The notes under the pieces: model-generated
What the model was told of the DNA's origin: nothing
What the model saw: the letters and a program-made list of their open reading frames with translations, nothing else
The model's database searches: none
Program-made: the position numbers and the translations under genes
Assembly (NCBI GenBank): GCA_951406725.2
Contig: OX597822.1
Coordinates: 34,100,001-34,164,000, forward strand
DNA from: Octopus vulgaris
Lineage: Eukaryota
Direction of reading: 5' to 3'
DNA: 64,000 bases
Part shown: positions 12,811-25,966 of the stretch, piece after piece
How the letters are laid out: every line of letters starts with the position of its first letter
Position numbering within the stretch: the first letter of the stretch is position 1

Positions 12811-13723
12811 TATATTATAAAAAGATCTGTGGATTGGCAGAATCGCTAGTATGGCAGTATTCGACATTTTATATTCTGTGTTCAAGTTCTGCCAAGATCA
12901 ACTTAGCCTTTCATTCTTTCAGAATTGAAGTAAACTACCAGTCACCCTACTGAAGTCAGTAGCATAGACTAACAAACACCCTTTCTTAATATTGCTTGTC
13001 TTGTGTTTAATTTAGAAACAACTATTGTTGTTGTTGTTGTTGTTGTTGTTGTTTGCTATGAGCAGACGTTCGTAACGGAGTTCACTGAAGGTTTGGAATA
13101 TTTCCATGTTTTACATCATACACAATTATATTTTATTTTATTTTATTTACTATTTATTTATTTTTGTATATGTAGGCTTTGGAATTTTTGATTGTCCACC
13201 CTTTTTAGCTAACAGCAGAAGAAATGATGTTTTACTTTTGAATATTCTTAATATTATATTTAGTAAGCTTTCTTTCTTTCTTTCTCTTTTTTTTTTTGCA
13301 TATAAATATATATAACAATATACTTTTCCTGTCTGAGATGCTAAATACAGGGGCGGTAGCTGCTTTCACACCCACAAGATATTCGAAAAAATCTTGCGTT
13401 GAAAATTCTGAAAAGAAAAACACAGACTCTAAAAGAAATACAGAAATAACTAGAAAAATTCACTAAAAATAATGACATTTAAACGGATACAATTACAAAT
13501 ATAAACATAGGCATTAAAATTTCGAAAATATACAGAAAAAGTGTGTAAGAGAGTGTTAAAAATAAATGCACACATCATTATTTTGACACTTACTGCTTCC
13601 TATACTCATACAGAATTAATTCCAACTTGGCAAGTCTCAGCACACGCCAACAAAAATTTTGTTTCCTGCTTTTTTATGTAGGAACGGAAGTTCCTATCTA
13701 GCTTCAAATGACTGAGGTGGTAT

Positions 13724-13769
13724 CTATCACTGAAGAGACAAAATCATACCGAAACATCATGTCTGATAG
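13724..13769 (+). ncRNA. Type I hammerhead ribozyme motif
   Basis: CTATCA-CTGAAGA-G(ACAAAATCATAC)C-GAAA-CA(TCA)TG-TC-TGATAG: 6-bp stem I, intact core, GUC triplet, 3-bp stem III; stem II reduced to one G-C pair. Confidence 0.65.
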
Positions 13770-13886
13770 TCCTCTGACGTCACCTGGATCTTTGTGCACT
13801 TTCACATTTTAAAAATCATCTCTGGCTAATCGTTGAGAGGACGTTGGTGTTGCCTCAGAGGAGGTTTGCGCTCGCTGAGAGTGCTC

Positions 13887-13936
<50 letters not shown>

Positions 13937-13940
13937 TTTA

Positions 13941-14003
<63 letters not shown>
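13887..14003. repeat. (TTA)n microsatellite
   Basis: Directly visible. Confidence 0.95.
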
Positions 14004-14006
<3 letters not shown>

Positions 14007-14543
14007 GTTTGACTTTTGCTTTGTATTTGTATAAGTTGACTCCAAGTCTCACCGAGAGACTTCAAGAGACAGCAAGCTAGAAGTTCAAGTTGGTGTTATG
14101 ACTAGGGTGTCATATATTTGGTATTGCACATAGTATTGTTCTAGAGAAAGTTTAAGAAAACAAGAAAATTATGAGTTTGTTTCAAAATTTGAGATTACAT
14201 AGACAGTATTTCACGTAGGATATGGGCAGTTCCCATGAGCACTATCTTTTGAATTTCTGCCATCTTTGGATTTCCTGGTATCTAAGTTAGGTAGAAATCA
14301 ACCTCTTTTGCTATCATTCCTTGGGTACCTATGACAACATGTATTGTTTTAGTCTTGAAGTTCCACATTTTACCAATTTCTATTTCAAGATCTTTATACT
14401 TGCTCAGTAGGTCTTGACAGATACATTTATGTCGATTGGAGCAAGGCATGATTTTTGTCTGAAGTCTTTCAATATAATATAATATCTGGCCTAATCGCAT
14501 CTATCTTTCTGTCAGTTTGAACGGTGAAGTTCCAGAGGAGTGT
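14004..14543 (-). mobile_element. 3' fragment of an RLE-type non-LTR retrotransposon (R4/Dong-like)
   Basis: Minus-strand LSKYKDLEIEIGKMWNFKTKTIHVVIG and IPGNPKMAEIQKIVLMGTAHILREIL, typical of the restriction-like endonuclease C-terminus; 3' end runs into (TAA)n. Confidence 0.75.
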
Positions 14544-14600
14544 ATTATTATTATTATTATTATTATTATCATTATTATTATTATTATTATTGTTATTATT

Positions 14601-15015
14601 CAGTAGTCTTTTTTTACGTGCTTTCACTGCACCATCGAGCGCAGCTATGTGTGCCCTGGGTATGTGCTGTGGATTGTTGTGATGCTCTCATTTTCTCTGT
14701 ATTGAAAATGTTTTAAGTAGAATGTGTGCGGTGCCTAGTAGTGTTATTTTCTGTATGCTATATATGCTTGTCACTCCTGGTGTTTTGTTATGTATTTGTC
14801 TGAATATTTCTTTATCGTACTTAATGCTCTTACTATGATAGGAATTGTCTCTGTTTTTAGGCTCCACATTCGAGTTACCTCTGTTTCCAGGTCTTTGTAT
14901 TTTGAAAAACATTGTCATCTGTTGGTATTGATGTATCAATTAGGAAACAGTTTTTTTCCTTGATTTTCTCTGACAGCTATATCCGGCCTATTTGCTTTAA
15001 TTTCTCTGTCTGTAA
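14601..15015 (-). mobile_element. Second, distinct R4/Dong-like 3' fragment
   Basis: Minus-strand TDREIKANRPDI and IQKITLLGTAHILLKTFSI; 3' end runs into (TAA)n at 14545-14600. Confidence 0.7.
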
Positions 15016-15127
15016 AGATCAGTAGCTGATCTTTACAGCCATATGAGCCCTTGCAGCATCCCTTCTGCTCTTCTGGAAACAGGTTGTTTTCTTCCAGATG
15101 CTTGCTCATTCTCCGCGATATTCTTTT

Positions 15128-15335
15128 CTACTCTAAGCACAAGGCTCGAAAAAATTTTTGGTGGGAGCAGTCGATTAGATCGACCCCAGTACGCAACAGG
15201 TACTTAATTTATTGACCCCGAAAGGATGAAAGACAAAGTAGACTTCGGCTGAATTTGAACTCAGAACGTAAAGACAGACGAAATACCGCTAAGCATTTCG
15301 CCCGGCATGCTAACGTTTCTGCCAGCTTGCCGCCT
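15128..15335 (-). mobile_element. SINE family B
   Basis: Reverse complement of the family B consensus. Confidence 0.8.
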
Positions 15336-15849
15336 TTCATTCTCTGCGATATTGCAGTAAAGGCTTTGTAGGCTCATCATCATCATCATCATCATCATCA
15401 TCACCATCATCATCACCATCATCATCACCATCATCATCACCACCACCACCACCATCACCACCACCATTACCATCATCATCATCATCATTATTATTATTAT
15501 TATTATTATTATCAGTAGTAGTAGTACTAGTAGTAATTATTGTAGGGATTGTGGTGATAATGGACGTGGTGGTAGTGGTTTAGGGGTTTGGGTGATAGTG
15601 ATGGTGATGATGATAGTGGTAGCGGATGCAGTTATCCTAATGGTAGTAGTGGCGTTGGTGGTAGTGGTGGTCGTAGAAAAGTAGTAGTAGCAGCAGCAGT
15701 AAGTCTTGTTAACCCACATGTCAACTTTGACGGTGCAAACAATAAAACAAAACAAAACAAAACAAACGTAAAGAGAAAGCCTTCCAGCTGCGACCACCCA
15801 GACATTTTATCATCAGACACAGTCTATCTAGGAGTAAATTATCAAATGT

Positions 15850-16503
15850 CCTTCCTTCCTTCTTCCCTTCCTTCTTTCCTTCCTTCCTTCATTCTTTCCT
15901 TCCTTCCTTCCTTCCTTCCTTCCTTCCTTCCTTCCTTCCTTCCTTCCTTCCCTTCCTTCCTTCCTTCCTTCCTCCCTTCCTTCCTCCCTTCCTTCCTCCC
16001 TCTCTTCTTTCCTTCCTTCCTTCCTTCCTTCCTCCCTCCCTTCCTTCCTTCCTTCCTTCCTTCCTTCCTCCCTCCCTCCCTTCCTTCCTCCCTCCCTCTC
16101 TTCTTTCCTTCCTTCCTTCCTTCCTTCCTTCCTTCCTTCCTACCTTCCTTCCGTCTTTCTTTCCTTCCTTTTTCCTTCCTTCCTTTCTTCGCCCTTCCTT
16201 CCTTCCTTCCTTCCTTCCTTCCTTCCTTCCTTCCTTCCTTCCTTCCTTCCTTCCTTCCTTCCTTCTTTCCTTCCTTTCTTCCTTCTTTCCTTCCTCCCTT
16301 CCGTCTTTCTTTCCTTCCTTCCGTCTTTCTTTCCTTCCTTTTTTCCTTCCTTCCTTTCTTCGCCCTTCCTTCCTTCTTTCCTTCCTTCCTTCCTTCCTTC
16401 CTTCCTTCCGTCCTTCCTTCCTCACTCCCTTCTTTTCCCCCTCCTTCCTTCCTTCCTTCCTTCCTTCCTTCCTTCCTTCCTTCCTTCCTTCCCCCCTCCC
16501 TCC
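15850..16503. repeat. (CCTT)n polypyrimidine microsatellite
   Basis: Directly visible; source of the LPSF/RKEG ORFs. Confidence 0.95.
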
Positions 16504-17604
16504 CTTTTTGTTATTCTTACATTTAGTTGGGTCTTGAAGTAGATAACTTAGCTGTTATATATAGCAGATCAACCCACCACTCAAGGTTCCTTCGTTGGCT
16601 CACTGGTGATGGTGTCGGCGGTACAGTGTATATGACGTGGTTACTGATGTTGTTGTTACTGTTGTGGTAGTATTTTGGTTGTGGAAGTGTCACTGGTGAT
16701 GATGTCATAGTTGTAGGCCGTGTGTCACATTCCAGCGGAGAACCGACCTATCCTATTGCACTTTGTTGAGACTAACAGATTGGGTTTGAGATCGTCAACC
16801 TGTTTGACTGGCCGTAAAATGTCGCATTTAATATAATGTTATGTAATAAGGTTTACTTCCATTACTGTAAAGTCAATAAAGATATATACACGCATATACA
16901 AATACACACACGCAAACACACACACTCACATGCACAGACGCATACATATACTGAGAAATACTCACACACACACACTCGTAAACTGAGGCATACACACATA
17001 CTCTGAGATATATACACACTCAAACATACACATATGCACACTGACAAACACACACACACACACACACGCACACAGACATACACACACATTGAGGTATACA
17101 CACACACACACTGAAACACACATATACACACACAGGGGCACAGAACACATGCACATATACGCACTGAAATATCTACACATACACAGTGATGCACACACAC
17201 ATACACGCATTGAGACACACACATACGCACATAGACTGACATACACACACCGAGACGCACACTGTCATATTGACATACATACACTAACACACACACTTAG
17301 ACGTGCGCTAATACACACACACACACACTACTACACATACACGCACAAAATGGAAGGTGTTATTCCAGTGGCAGTGATGTCTGACAGCTCTAAACCCGTA
17401 TTTCTCATGAAGGGAGTTGAGGAATCCTTCTTCCTCTTCACTCGTTTCCTGGAGGTGGGTGGAGTATATGAGGATTGAAAAGAGGGCGGACAAATTGACA
17501 TGCGTCATAAAATTACTTTACAATCACGTGGTTTCGACTTCAGTCTCACTGCGCGACACTTTGGGCAGTTGCCGCTTATTATAGCCCAAGGCCAACCAAT
17601 GCAT

Positions 17605-18400
17605 ACTTCTAGTTTTTGGTGCTTAAATATTTGCTACTGTTGAGCGACGTTACCGATTTCTAGCTTTGATGACTTCTTCTGGTTTCCGGTGCCAACATAT
17701 TTGATTCTATTGAAAGTTACTGATGTCTAGTTCTGGGTCCTGGTTAGACTTACTGTTGTCTAGTTCTGGGTTCTGGTACCAATATATTTGATTCTGTTGA
17801 AGGTTGTTAGCGTTATCGCTGCGTTGTTCTGATTTTTGGAGCCAGTACATTTGGTTCTGTCGAGGTTGTTAGGATTCATCGTTGTGAAATTCTGATTTTT
17901 GGTGCCAATATATTTCGTTTTGTTTATGGCGGTGAGTTGGCAAGATCGTTTGCTCGCCGGACAAAAATATTTAGCAGTATTTCACCCATCTTTACTTTCT
18001 GAGTTCAAATTCCGCCGAGGTCAACTTTGCCTTTCATCATTTCCAGGTTAATAAAATAAGTACCAGTTAAATAATGAAATCGATATAATCGACTTATAAC
18101 CTCCCCCAAAATTACTGGCCTTGTACCAAAATTTGAATTCAATCTATACAACGGTTACTCTTTGAATAACCATTGTATACAACCGTTGTATATAGTAACC
18201 GTTGTATTGATTTGCTGTTGGTGTTAGTATATTCGTTACAGTCAAGTTCTCGTTTTGTAGCTCTGGCCTATGGTATTAATACATTAGCTGTTGTCGAGAG
18301 CTGTTAGAGAAGTACCGTTGTGTAGTTTTGGGTTTTACTTATGACTGTCAATACCTTCACTGTTGTTGGTTTGCTAGAATAACGGTTGTGTAGTTCTTTT
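17605..18400. repeat. Degenerate ~60-bp minisatellite interrupted by a family B SINE (17928-18135, +)
   Basis: Recurring TTCTG(A/G)TTTTGGT(G/A)CCAATATATTTGATTCTGTTGA...GTT units; the SINE matches family B. Confidence 0.55.
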
Positions 18401-18764
18401 TCTGAGCTCTACTGCTGCTGCTGTTGATATTGTTGTGCTGTTAATACTACTGTTTCTGCTGCTGCTACTGCTGCTTCTGCTGCTGCTGCTACTGCTGTTT
18501 TATATGTAATTAGATTCTAGGATCAAAATAAACATCTCTATAAACGACTTCTATGTTTATATTATTTCATACAATATTTTATACTGGAATAAAAATAGAA
18601 AAGATAAAAAGATTCTTTACTCCTTTGCCCTCTTACTCTATCTTACTCCCCCTCCTCCTCCTTCCTTCCTTCCTTTCTTCCTTCCTTCCTTCCTTCCTTC
18701 CTTCCTTCCTTCCTCTTACCCTTCTCTTCTACACTACTTTCTTTCTTACGATTATTCCCTCAAC

Positions 18765-18858
<94 letters not shown>

Positions 18859-19008
18859 TCTCAACTTCATTCTACATTTTCCTCTCTTTCCAATGTATAA
18901 ATTTAGGCCTTTCAGTTTTTCTACGTCTTTTTCTACCTTCTTTTCATGTTTCTCTTTTTATTATTTCCGTCATCTTCCTTTCATCCCTCCTGCCTGCTTT
19001 TTTCTTTA

Positions 19009-19067
<59 letters not shown>

Positions 19068-19115
19068 ACTTTTTTCTTTCTTTTTTCTTTCTTTCCTCCC
19101 CTTTTTCTTTCTTTT

Positions 19116-19155
<40 letters not shown>

Positions 19156-19505
19156 TCCTTCTTTCTTTCTTTCTTTTTTTCATACTTTCTTTCTTTCTTT
19201 CTTTCTTTCTTCAATTTCTGTCTCCTTCCTCCTTTCGTTCGTTCGTTCGTTCGTTCGTTCGTTCGTTCGTTCCTTCCTTCCTTCCTTCCTTCCTACACTA
19301 TCCAAATTCTTTCTAAATTTTGTTTCTCTCTCCCATCCATACTCCAGTCCATTTCCCCATTTTCCTTCTTCCTTCCCTGTGTTTTTTCTCTCTCTGTCTC
19401 TCTTTTTGTCTCACATATTTTCCTGCTTTTCTTTTCCCCCACTTCTTCCCGTCATTCTTTCTGTGCTTCTTTCTTAATATTTTTCTCTTTTCCGTCTTCT
19501 ATCTG

Positions 19506-19570
<65 letters not shown>

Positions 19571-19582
19571 TCACCTACCTGC

Positions 19583-19647
<65 letters not shown>

Positions 19648-20276
19648 GGTCTATGCCGACTCATACTCTTCCTATTACCTTATTATCTGTGGTCTTGCCT
19701 ATCTTTCATGCTTCTTTCCTCCTCTTCTTTCTCACCCCTACCTTCTTCTTCTTCCTCCTTCTCCTCCTCCTCCTGCTTCTCCGCCTTCCCTTCTCCGTTT
19801 CCATCTTCACGGTATTACAGACCCCTCAGGCAAAGCAATATACAGCGACGGATAAGTGGCTGGGGGGGTATGATATTTATCTATGGACAGCAAAACCACA
19901 GCATACATCGATTAACATTAGGTCCCTAGATCCTTTAGGCCCACGGGCAACTTCCCAGTGTTCCCTTATCACTATCTCCCCTCTTTTCATTCGCTATTAC
20001 CTTTCCTCATACAATTTGCATAACGCCAGATAAACCTGCTTAGGAGCCTCGCTAAATGGCGTTCGGCCTGTTAGATATAGCAGCTGAATATCATATCCCT
20101 CAAATCACTCCCTACGATCTTAGACAATGAAACATTGGACAATGTGGTCCGGGATGCTGTACTCATTGTGCCATCTTGATAAAATACGGACAAGATAATC
20201 TTGACTTGGAATGCCTTTGATCAAAGGCCTTCTTAATTTAGGGTTGATCAGAGGGGTAATGTCTGTCATGTAATAC

Positions 20277-20560
20277 TCTCTCTCTTATCCGCTCAGTCGA
20301 AGTCGACTCTCGGTTACTCGATGGATCAGTGTCCTCCAGCCAGTTCTATCCTGGGCCGCTTCTTTCAGATTGCCTATGTCCATTCTCGTATCACTCTTGA
20401 TGGTGTCAAGCCAGCGGGTTCTTGGTCGGCCTCTTCCTCTCTTGCCACTGACCATTCCGAGCATGATGTCTTTCTCCAGGGATTTTCTCCGCATAATATG
20501 ACCAAAATATGTCAATCTGTGCTTGGTGATCCTAGCTTCTAGCGATAGTTTCGGCCTGAA
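20277..20560 (-). mobile_element. 5'-truncated RTE/BovB-like LINE with target-site duplication
   Basis: Uninterrupted 91-codon frame ...SLEARITKHRLTYFGHIMRRKSLEKDIMLGMVSGKRGRGRPRTRWLD...WRTLIHRVTESRLRLSG*; (GA)n tail; 11-bp TSD TCATGTAATAC at 20266-20276 and 20561-20571. Confidence 0.9.
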
Positions 20561-21605
20561 TCATGTAATACAGTGAGTTGAAAATTGTTTGATTAATAGA
20601 GATTATTCAAGCAATTAGTTGACAAAATATAAAAATAACAACTAAGAGAACATAACTTCCGTAAGTTCAGATAATGGAAATTTTTGATAATGTAGGCTAT
20701 GCAGATTTGAAGTGGATCAACTCTTTCTACTCTTTAAATCCAATGTGTGAAAGCAACGACTGTGTTTCAGTATTTTAAATCTCTTCAGTGAAATGTATTT
20801 TAATAAGTAACCGAGATTATGGGAAGCATATGGGAATTGATTCCCATATAATCTTACGAATAGCAAAGGACCACGTTTCGGACTTCTCCCACTACAGACA
20901 ATCCTGAGGCGCGCGATCTTGGGAGCTCTGGGACAAAGACCGCTTCGCTCAACAAACAAACAAACATCAATGACAACTCCTACAACAATAGAAATTAGAA
21001 ACAGCTGAGACATCAACAACAGCAACGGTTCAGCTCAAACATTAATTACAGAATTATTCATTGCTGATTTCTTTTACTTCCCCGCTTAACACATTTCATT
21101 ACTTCCATATTTCTTTTCTCTCTTTCTTTGTTTATCAATTAATTTTTATTAATTAATTTTTTTCGTATCCTTCTTCTCCATCCTTCCCTTTCTTTCTCTT
21201 TCTTTCTTTTTCACACACACACGCGCACGCACACACGCACACTCTCTCTCTATCTCTTTCTCTCTTTCTTTTTCACATACACGCACACTCCCTCTGTTTC
21301 TCTCTCATTCTTTCTTTCTTTTTTACACACACACACACTCTCTCTTTCTTCTTTTTCATACACACACACTCTCTCTCTTTCTCTCTTTATTTCTTTTCAC
21401 ACACACACACATTCTTTTTCTCTTTTTATCTCTTTCTTTCTTTTTCACACACACACACTCTCTTTCTCTCTCATTCTTTTTCGCACACACCTACATACTC
21501 TCTCTTTCTTTTTCACAGACACACGCTCTCTTTCCCTCTCTCTCTCCCCCATTCTCTCTCTCTCTCTCTCTCCACTTTCACGCAACCGACCACTTAAAAA
21601 ATAGT

Positions 21606-22264
21606 AAATTGTAATTTGTAAGTTTAAAGTAGTTTAATTTTTCGAATTTTAACCAATCCTATGCCCTCTATTTAGCTAAAATCATTTGCTGCGTCTAAAA
21701 CTGAGACAACATCCTGTCACTAACCCTAACTCTAACCCTAACCCTCACCCTAACCCTAACCCTAAATTTTAGCCTTTGGTTTTTTTTCTTAATTGTTACG
21801 CGTGTGTCTAAAATTATTTGTTTTGTCTTTGTTTTAAGTTTTTACTTTCGTTTTAGCCTTTCGTTTTTGTATTTTTTTCTTAATTGTTAAATTAAAATTA
21901 TTTTCCATTGCTTTCGTTTTAGCCTTTCGTATTTTTTTCTTCTTAATTGTTATCCTTAAATTAATTTAACAATTAAGAAGAAAAAAAAACGAAAGGCTAA
22001 AATTTAGGGTTAGGGTGACGGTTAGGATTAGTGACAGGATGTTGTCTGTTTTAGACGCAGCAAATGATTTTAGCTAAATAGAGGGCATAGGATTGGTTAA
22101 AATTCGAAAAATGAAACTACGTTAAACTTACAAATTACAATTTTCTCAAGAAAGCCAAGAGAAAAAATGTTTTATTTTGACACATTCTACTAGTATGCGA
22201 AGTTAAAAAGTGTTTAGTTAACTAGAAATTGTGTTGAAAATTCTCGTTCAAAAGGAAAAGATCC
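21606..22264. mobile_element. Fold-back element with ~190-bp inverted arms containing (TAACCC)n; right end related to the 41008 MITE
   Basis: Arms 21606-21798 and 21967-22143; 22141-22264 aligns with 41161-41291 and ends GGAAAAGATCC. Confidence 0.75.
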
Positions 22265-22283
22265 GAGCAGGATCCTGTAAATC

Positions 22284-22343
<60 letters not shown>

Positions 22344-22618
22344 ACTTTGCTTTCGTGTGTTTATTTCCTCCCTGCCTGAGGTTACTGTGGTCTTTTCTGT
22401 AGGCTTTTCTTTCCACAGATGAACCTAATCTTGTTTGTTACTTTGAAAAAATTTTTTTTTCTCTGTGATACACGATCCCTTTTGATCGCTCCCCACCCGA
22501 TCGAAATTTTACATTTGGTTTTTTTTTTTTTCTTTTTCCTTTTCCGTCTTCGAAAAGAAAAGCTCTACATTTGTATTTGTCCCCTCAGTGTCCAGCCCTG
22601 TGTGGCCAATAAAGAAAG

Positions 22619-22702
<84 letters not shown>

Positions 22703-23027
22703 TTATCTATCTATTGTTCTAGCTAGCTAGCTAGAATAGCTATTATTCTAGCTAGCTAGCTACCTACCTGCTTAACCTATCTACCTAAAGGTATTCGTCT
22801 AGTTACCTACCTTGTCAGCTGGACGACTATCTGTCTGCCAGGGTTTCTGTGTGTGTCTTTGTAATTAAGTAAATAGGTGTATATTTGGCTGGTTAGAATG
22901 TTAGAAAGAAAGAAACAAAGAAAGGAAGGAAGAAAGAAAGAGAGAGAGATAGGTAGATAAATACATAATTAGATTGAGAGGTAGATTGGTAGGCACGTAG
23001 ATAGATAAATAGACAGACGTATGGATT

Positions 23028-23083
<56 letters not shown>

Positions 23084-23145
23084 TATATATAGAGAGATAG
23101 ATACGTGCAAACATACATACATAAATATCCGAAGAATGAGATAGC

Positions 23146-23176
<31 letters not shown>

Positions 23177-23202
23177 ACACACATATATAGATAAATAAAT
23201 AA

Positions 23203-23245
<43 letters not shown>

Positions 23246-23593
23246 GATAGATAGATTAATAGATAAATACGTAATTAGGTTGAGAGGTAGATAAATAAAT
23301 AAATAGATAGATAGATTCAGCAGTAGATAAAAGGACAAACAGATAAAGAGACAGACAGACAGACAGGTGAATACATGCCTACCTACCTCTCTATCTCCAA
23401 ATTTCGCTCTTTCTTATTCGCTCTTCACCTCTCCCACTCTCTGTCTCTCCTACCACACCTCCCTCTTTCACTATTCTGCCATCTTTTTCATAACTTCTCC
23501 CGTTTTTATCTTTTTCTCTTTATCTCTCTTTTATCATTCTCACTCCTCATCGCCTTCTCGTCTTATTGGCTTACTTCCTCATTCTTTTCTTTG

Positions 23594-23990
23594 GTTCTTC
23601 TTCTTCTTCTTCTTCTTCTTCTTCTTCTTCTTCTTCTTCTTCTTCTTCTTCTTCTTCTTCTTCTTCTTCTTCTTCTTCTTCTTCATCTTCTTCTTCTTCT
23701 TCTTCTTCTTCTTTCTCTTCTTCTTCATCTTCTTCTTCTTCTTCTTCTTCTTTTTCTTCTTCTTCTTTTTCTTCTTCTTCTTCTTCTTCTTCTTCTTCTT
23801 TTTCTTCTTTTTCTTCTTCATCATCATCTTCATCTTCATCATCTTCATCTCTTCATCACCATCTTCATCTTCATCATCTTCATCTCTTCATCACCATCTT
23901 CATCATCATCTTCCTCCTCCTCATCATCATCATATTCTTCTTCTTCTTCTTCTTCTTCTTTTTCTTCTTCTTCGTCGTCGTCGTCGTCAA
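23594..23990. repeat. (TTC)n/(TCA)n trinucleotide tract
   Basis: Directly visible. Confidence 0.95.
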
Positions 23991-24023
23991 CGTAGTTATC
24001 GTTATTATAGATGTGAATTTGGT

Positions 24024-24073
<50 letters not shown>

Positions 24074-24317
24074 ATGTGCGCGTGTGTGTGTGCGCGTGCA
24101 TGAGTATGCGAGCTTTTTACCATTTACATGTTCCAGGCAGTGTCTGCGACCATGCCAGAGAATCATCACTGCCGTGAATTAAAATTTATTTTGATTTTAG
24201 TGATGTAAGTCCTGAACAGTACTGCCCTCATTTGCGATTCTTGCCGTAACTTGGATTCATCAGTAATTCAAATATAATTCTGTCTAAGTGCTTTTTTTAA
24301 ATATATTCACATCTATA

Positions 24318-24750
24318 AGGCGGCGAGCTGGCAGAAACGTTAGCACACCGGGCGAAATGCTTAGCGGTATTTCGTCTGTCTTTGCATTCTGAGTTCAAAT
24401 TCCACCGAGGTCGACTTTGCCTTTCATCCTTTCGGGGCCGATAAATTACGTACCAGTTACGAACTGGGGTCGATGTAATCGACTTAATCCGTTTGTCTTT
24501 CCTTGTTGGTTCCCTCTATGTTTTAGCCCCTTCTGGGCAATAAAGAAATAAGAAACGTTAGCACCCCGGGCGAAATGCCGAGCGGTATTTCGTCTGCTGT
24601 TACGTTCTGAGTTCAAATTCCACCGCGGTTGACTTTGCCTTTCATCTTTTCAGGGTCAATTAAATAAGTACCAGTTAATCAGTGGGGTCGATATAATCGA
24701 CTGGCCCCTTCCCCCAAAATTTCGGGCCTTTGCCTTGAGTAGAAACGAAT
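24318..24750 (+). mobile_element. SINE family B head-to-tail dimer
   Basis: Full unit 24318-24550, then a 5'-truncated unit starting AGAAACGTTAGCAC with a different tail. Confidence 0.8.
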
Positions 24751-24769
24751 ATATTCACATTTACACTTA

Positions 24770-25400
24770 GTCACTTTCTGTAGGATATTGTAAAACTTAG
24801 GAGCTCTGGACCATAAGCTGTCACAATATCGGGTCTGAACTCTTGATGAAGTGGGTAGGATCTCTGATACTAAGCAGTGGCGTCCAATTCACAGCATGTC
24901 TTTCGCATGTACGTTTATATAGAATAGTCTTTGTTCTTTTAACCTTTCCTAACTGGGGTAATCTTTTTGATTGTAACAGCATTGGGTTGCCTGGGGCCCC
25001 ATTCCTTGTTTGCTACTAAATGGCGACCATTACAGGAAGTTGGGAACTAATGTTCTCCATATTACTAATATTCTTTCCATTTTTCTTGCTTTGGATCAGC
25101 TCAGAATCTAACCAAACAGTCACCCCCACATTGTTGCCATGTTAGTAACATTCACAGTGGAAAACTGCATCATAATTCGTATGAATTCCTTGTTCAAACA
25201 TTGATTGTCACTTCGGGATTGCAATACTTTCTGGGCCTGGGCTTGTGATTTGATTGTGAGCTGATAAAGCCATTGAGGATTATCAGCATTGAACTGCGAG
25301 TTGTTTTCCCCGGTCCACTTGTATATTCTGTTCAGATCTTGTAATTTTGCGATAACATCATGGCTCTCGATTGCCTGTGATATTTTTTGCAGACAGACAG
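24770..25400 (-). mobile_element. Decayed CR1/L2-group LINE reverse transcriptase C-terminal fragment
   Basis: Minus-strand pieces in the expected order: DLNRIYKWTGENNSQFN, ERLKEQRL, YCDSLWSRAPKFYNIL; many stops and frameshifts. Confidence 0.6.
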
Positions 25401-25414
25401 ACTGATTGATAAAT

Positions 25415-25477
<63 letters not shown>

Positions 25478-25479
25478 GA

Positions 25480-25966
25480 TAAGTAAGTACCAGTTACACA
25501 CTAGGGTCGATATAATCGACTTAATCCGTTTGTCTGTCCTTGTTTGTCCCCTCTGTGTGTAGCTCCTTGTGGGTAATAAAGAAATAAGAAACGTTAGCAC
25601 AACGGCCGAAATGCTTAGCGGTATTTCGTCTGCCGCTACGTTCTGAGTTCAAATTCCACCGAGGTCGACTTTGCCTTTCATCTTTTCGGGGTCGATTAAA
25701 TAAGTACCAGTTACGCACTGGGGTCGATGTAATCGACTTAATTTGTTTGTCTGTCCTTGTTTGCCCCTCTGTGTTTAGCCCCTTGTGGGTACTAAAGAAA
25801 TAGGTATTTCGTCTGCTGCTACGTTCTGAGTTCACAATCCGACGAGGTCAACTTTGCTTTTCATTCTTTAGGGGTCGACAAATTAAGTACCAATTGCGTA
25901 TTGGGGTCAATCTAATCGACTGGCCTCGACCCCCAAATTTTCGGGGCTTGTGCCCAGAGTAGAAAA
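25480..25966 (+). mobile_element. SINE family B tandem trimer
   Basis: Three partial units with junctions AAAGAAATA|AGAAACG and AAAGAAATA|GGTATTTCG. Confidence 0.8.

Noticed and set aside
17345-17490. Possible Penelope GIY-YIG C-terminal remnant (minus-strand RKRVKR...MRNTGLELSDI)
   Set aside because: Too short and degenerate to call by eye
20754-20794. Minus-strand CTGAAGA...GAAAC..GTC here, and CTGAAGA...GAAAC..GTA at about 33105-33140
   Set aside because: Core words are present but stems I and II do not pair; could be relics but cannot be supported
21720-21765. True telomere or chromosome fusion site
   Set aside because: Only about seven imperfect units, embedded in an inverted-repeat element
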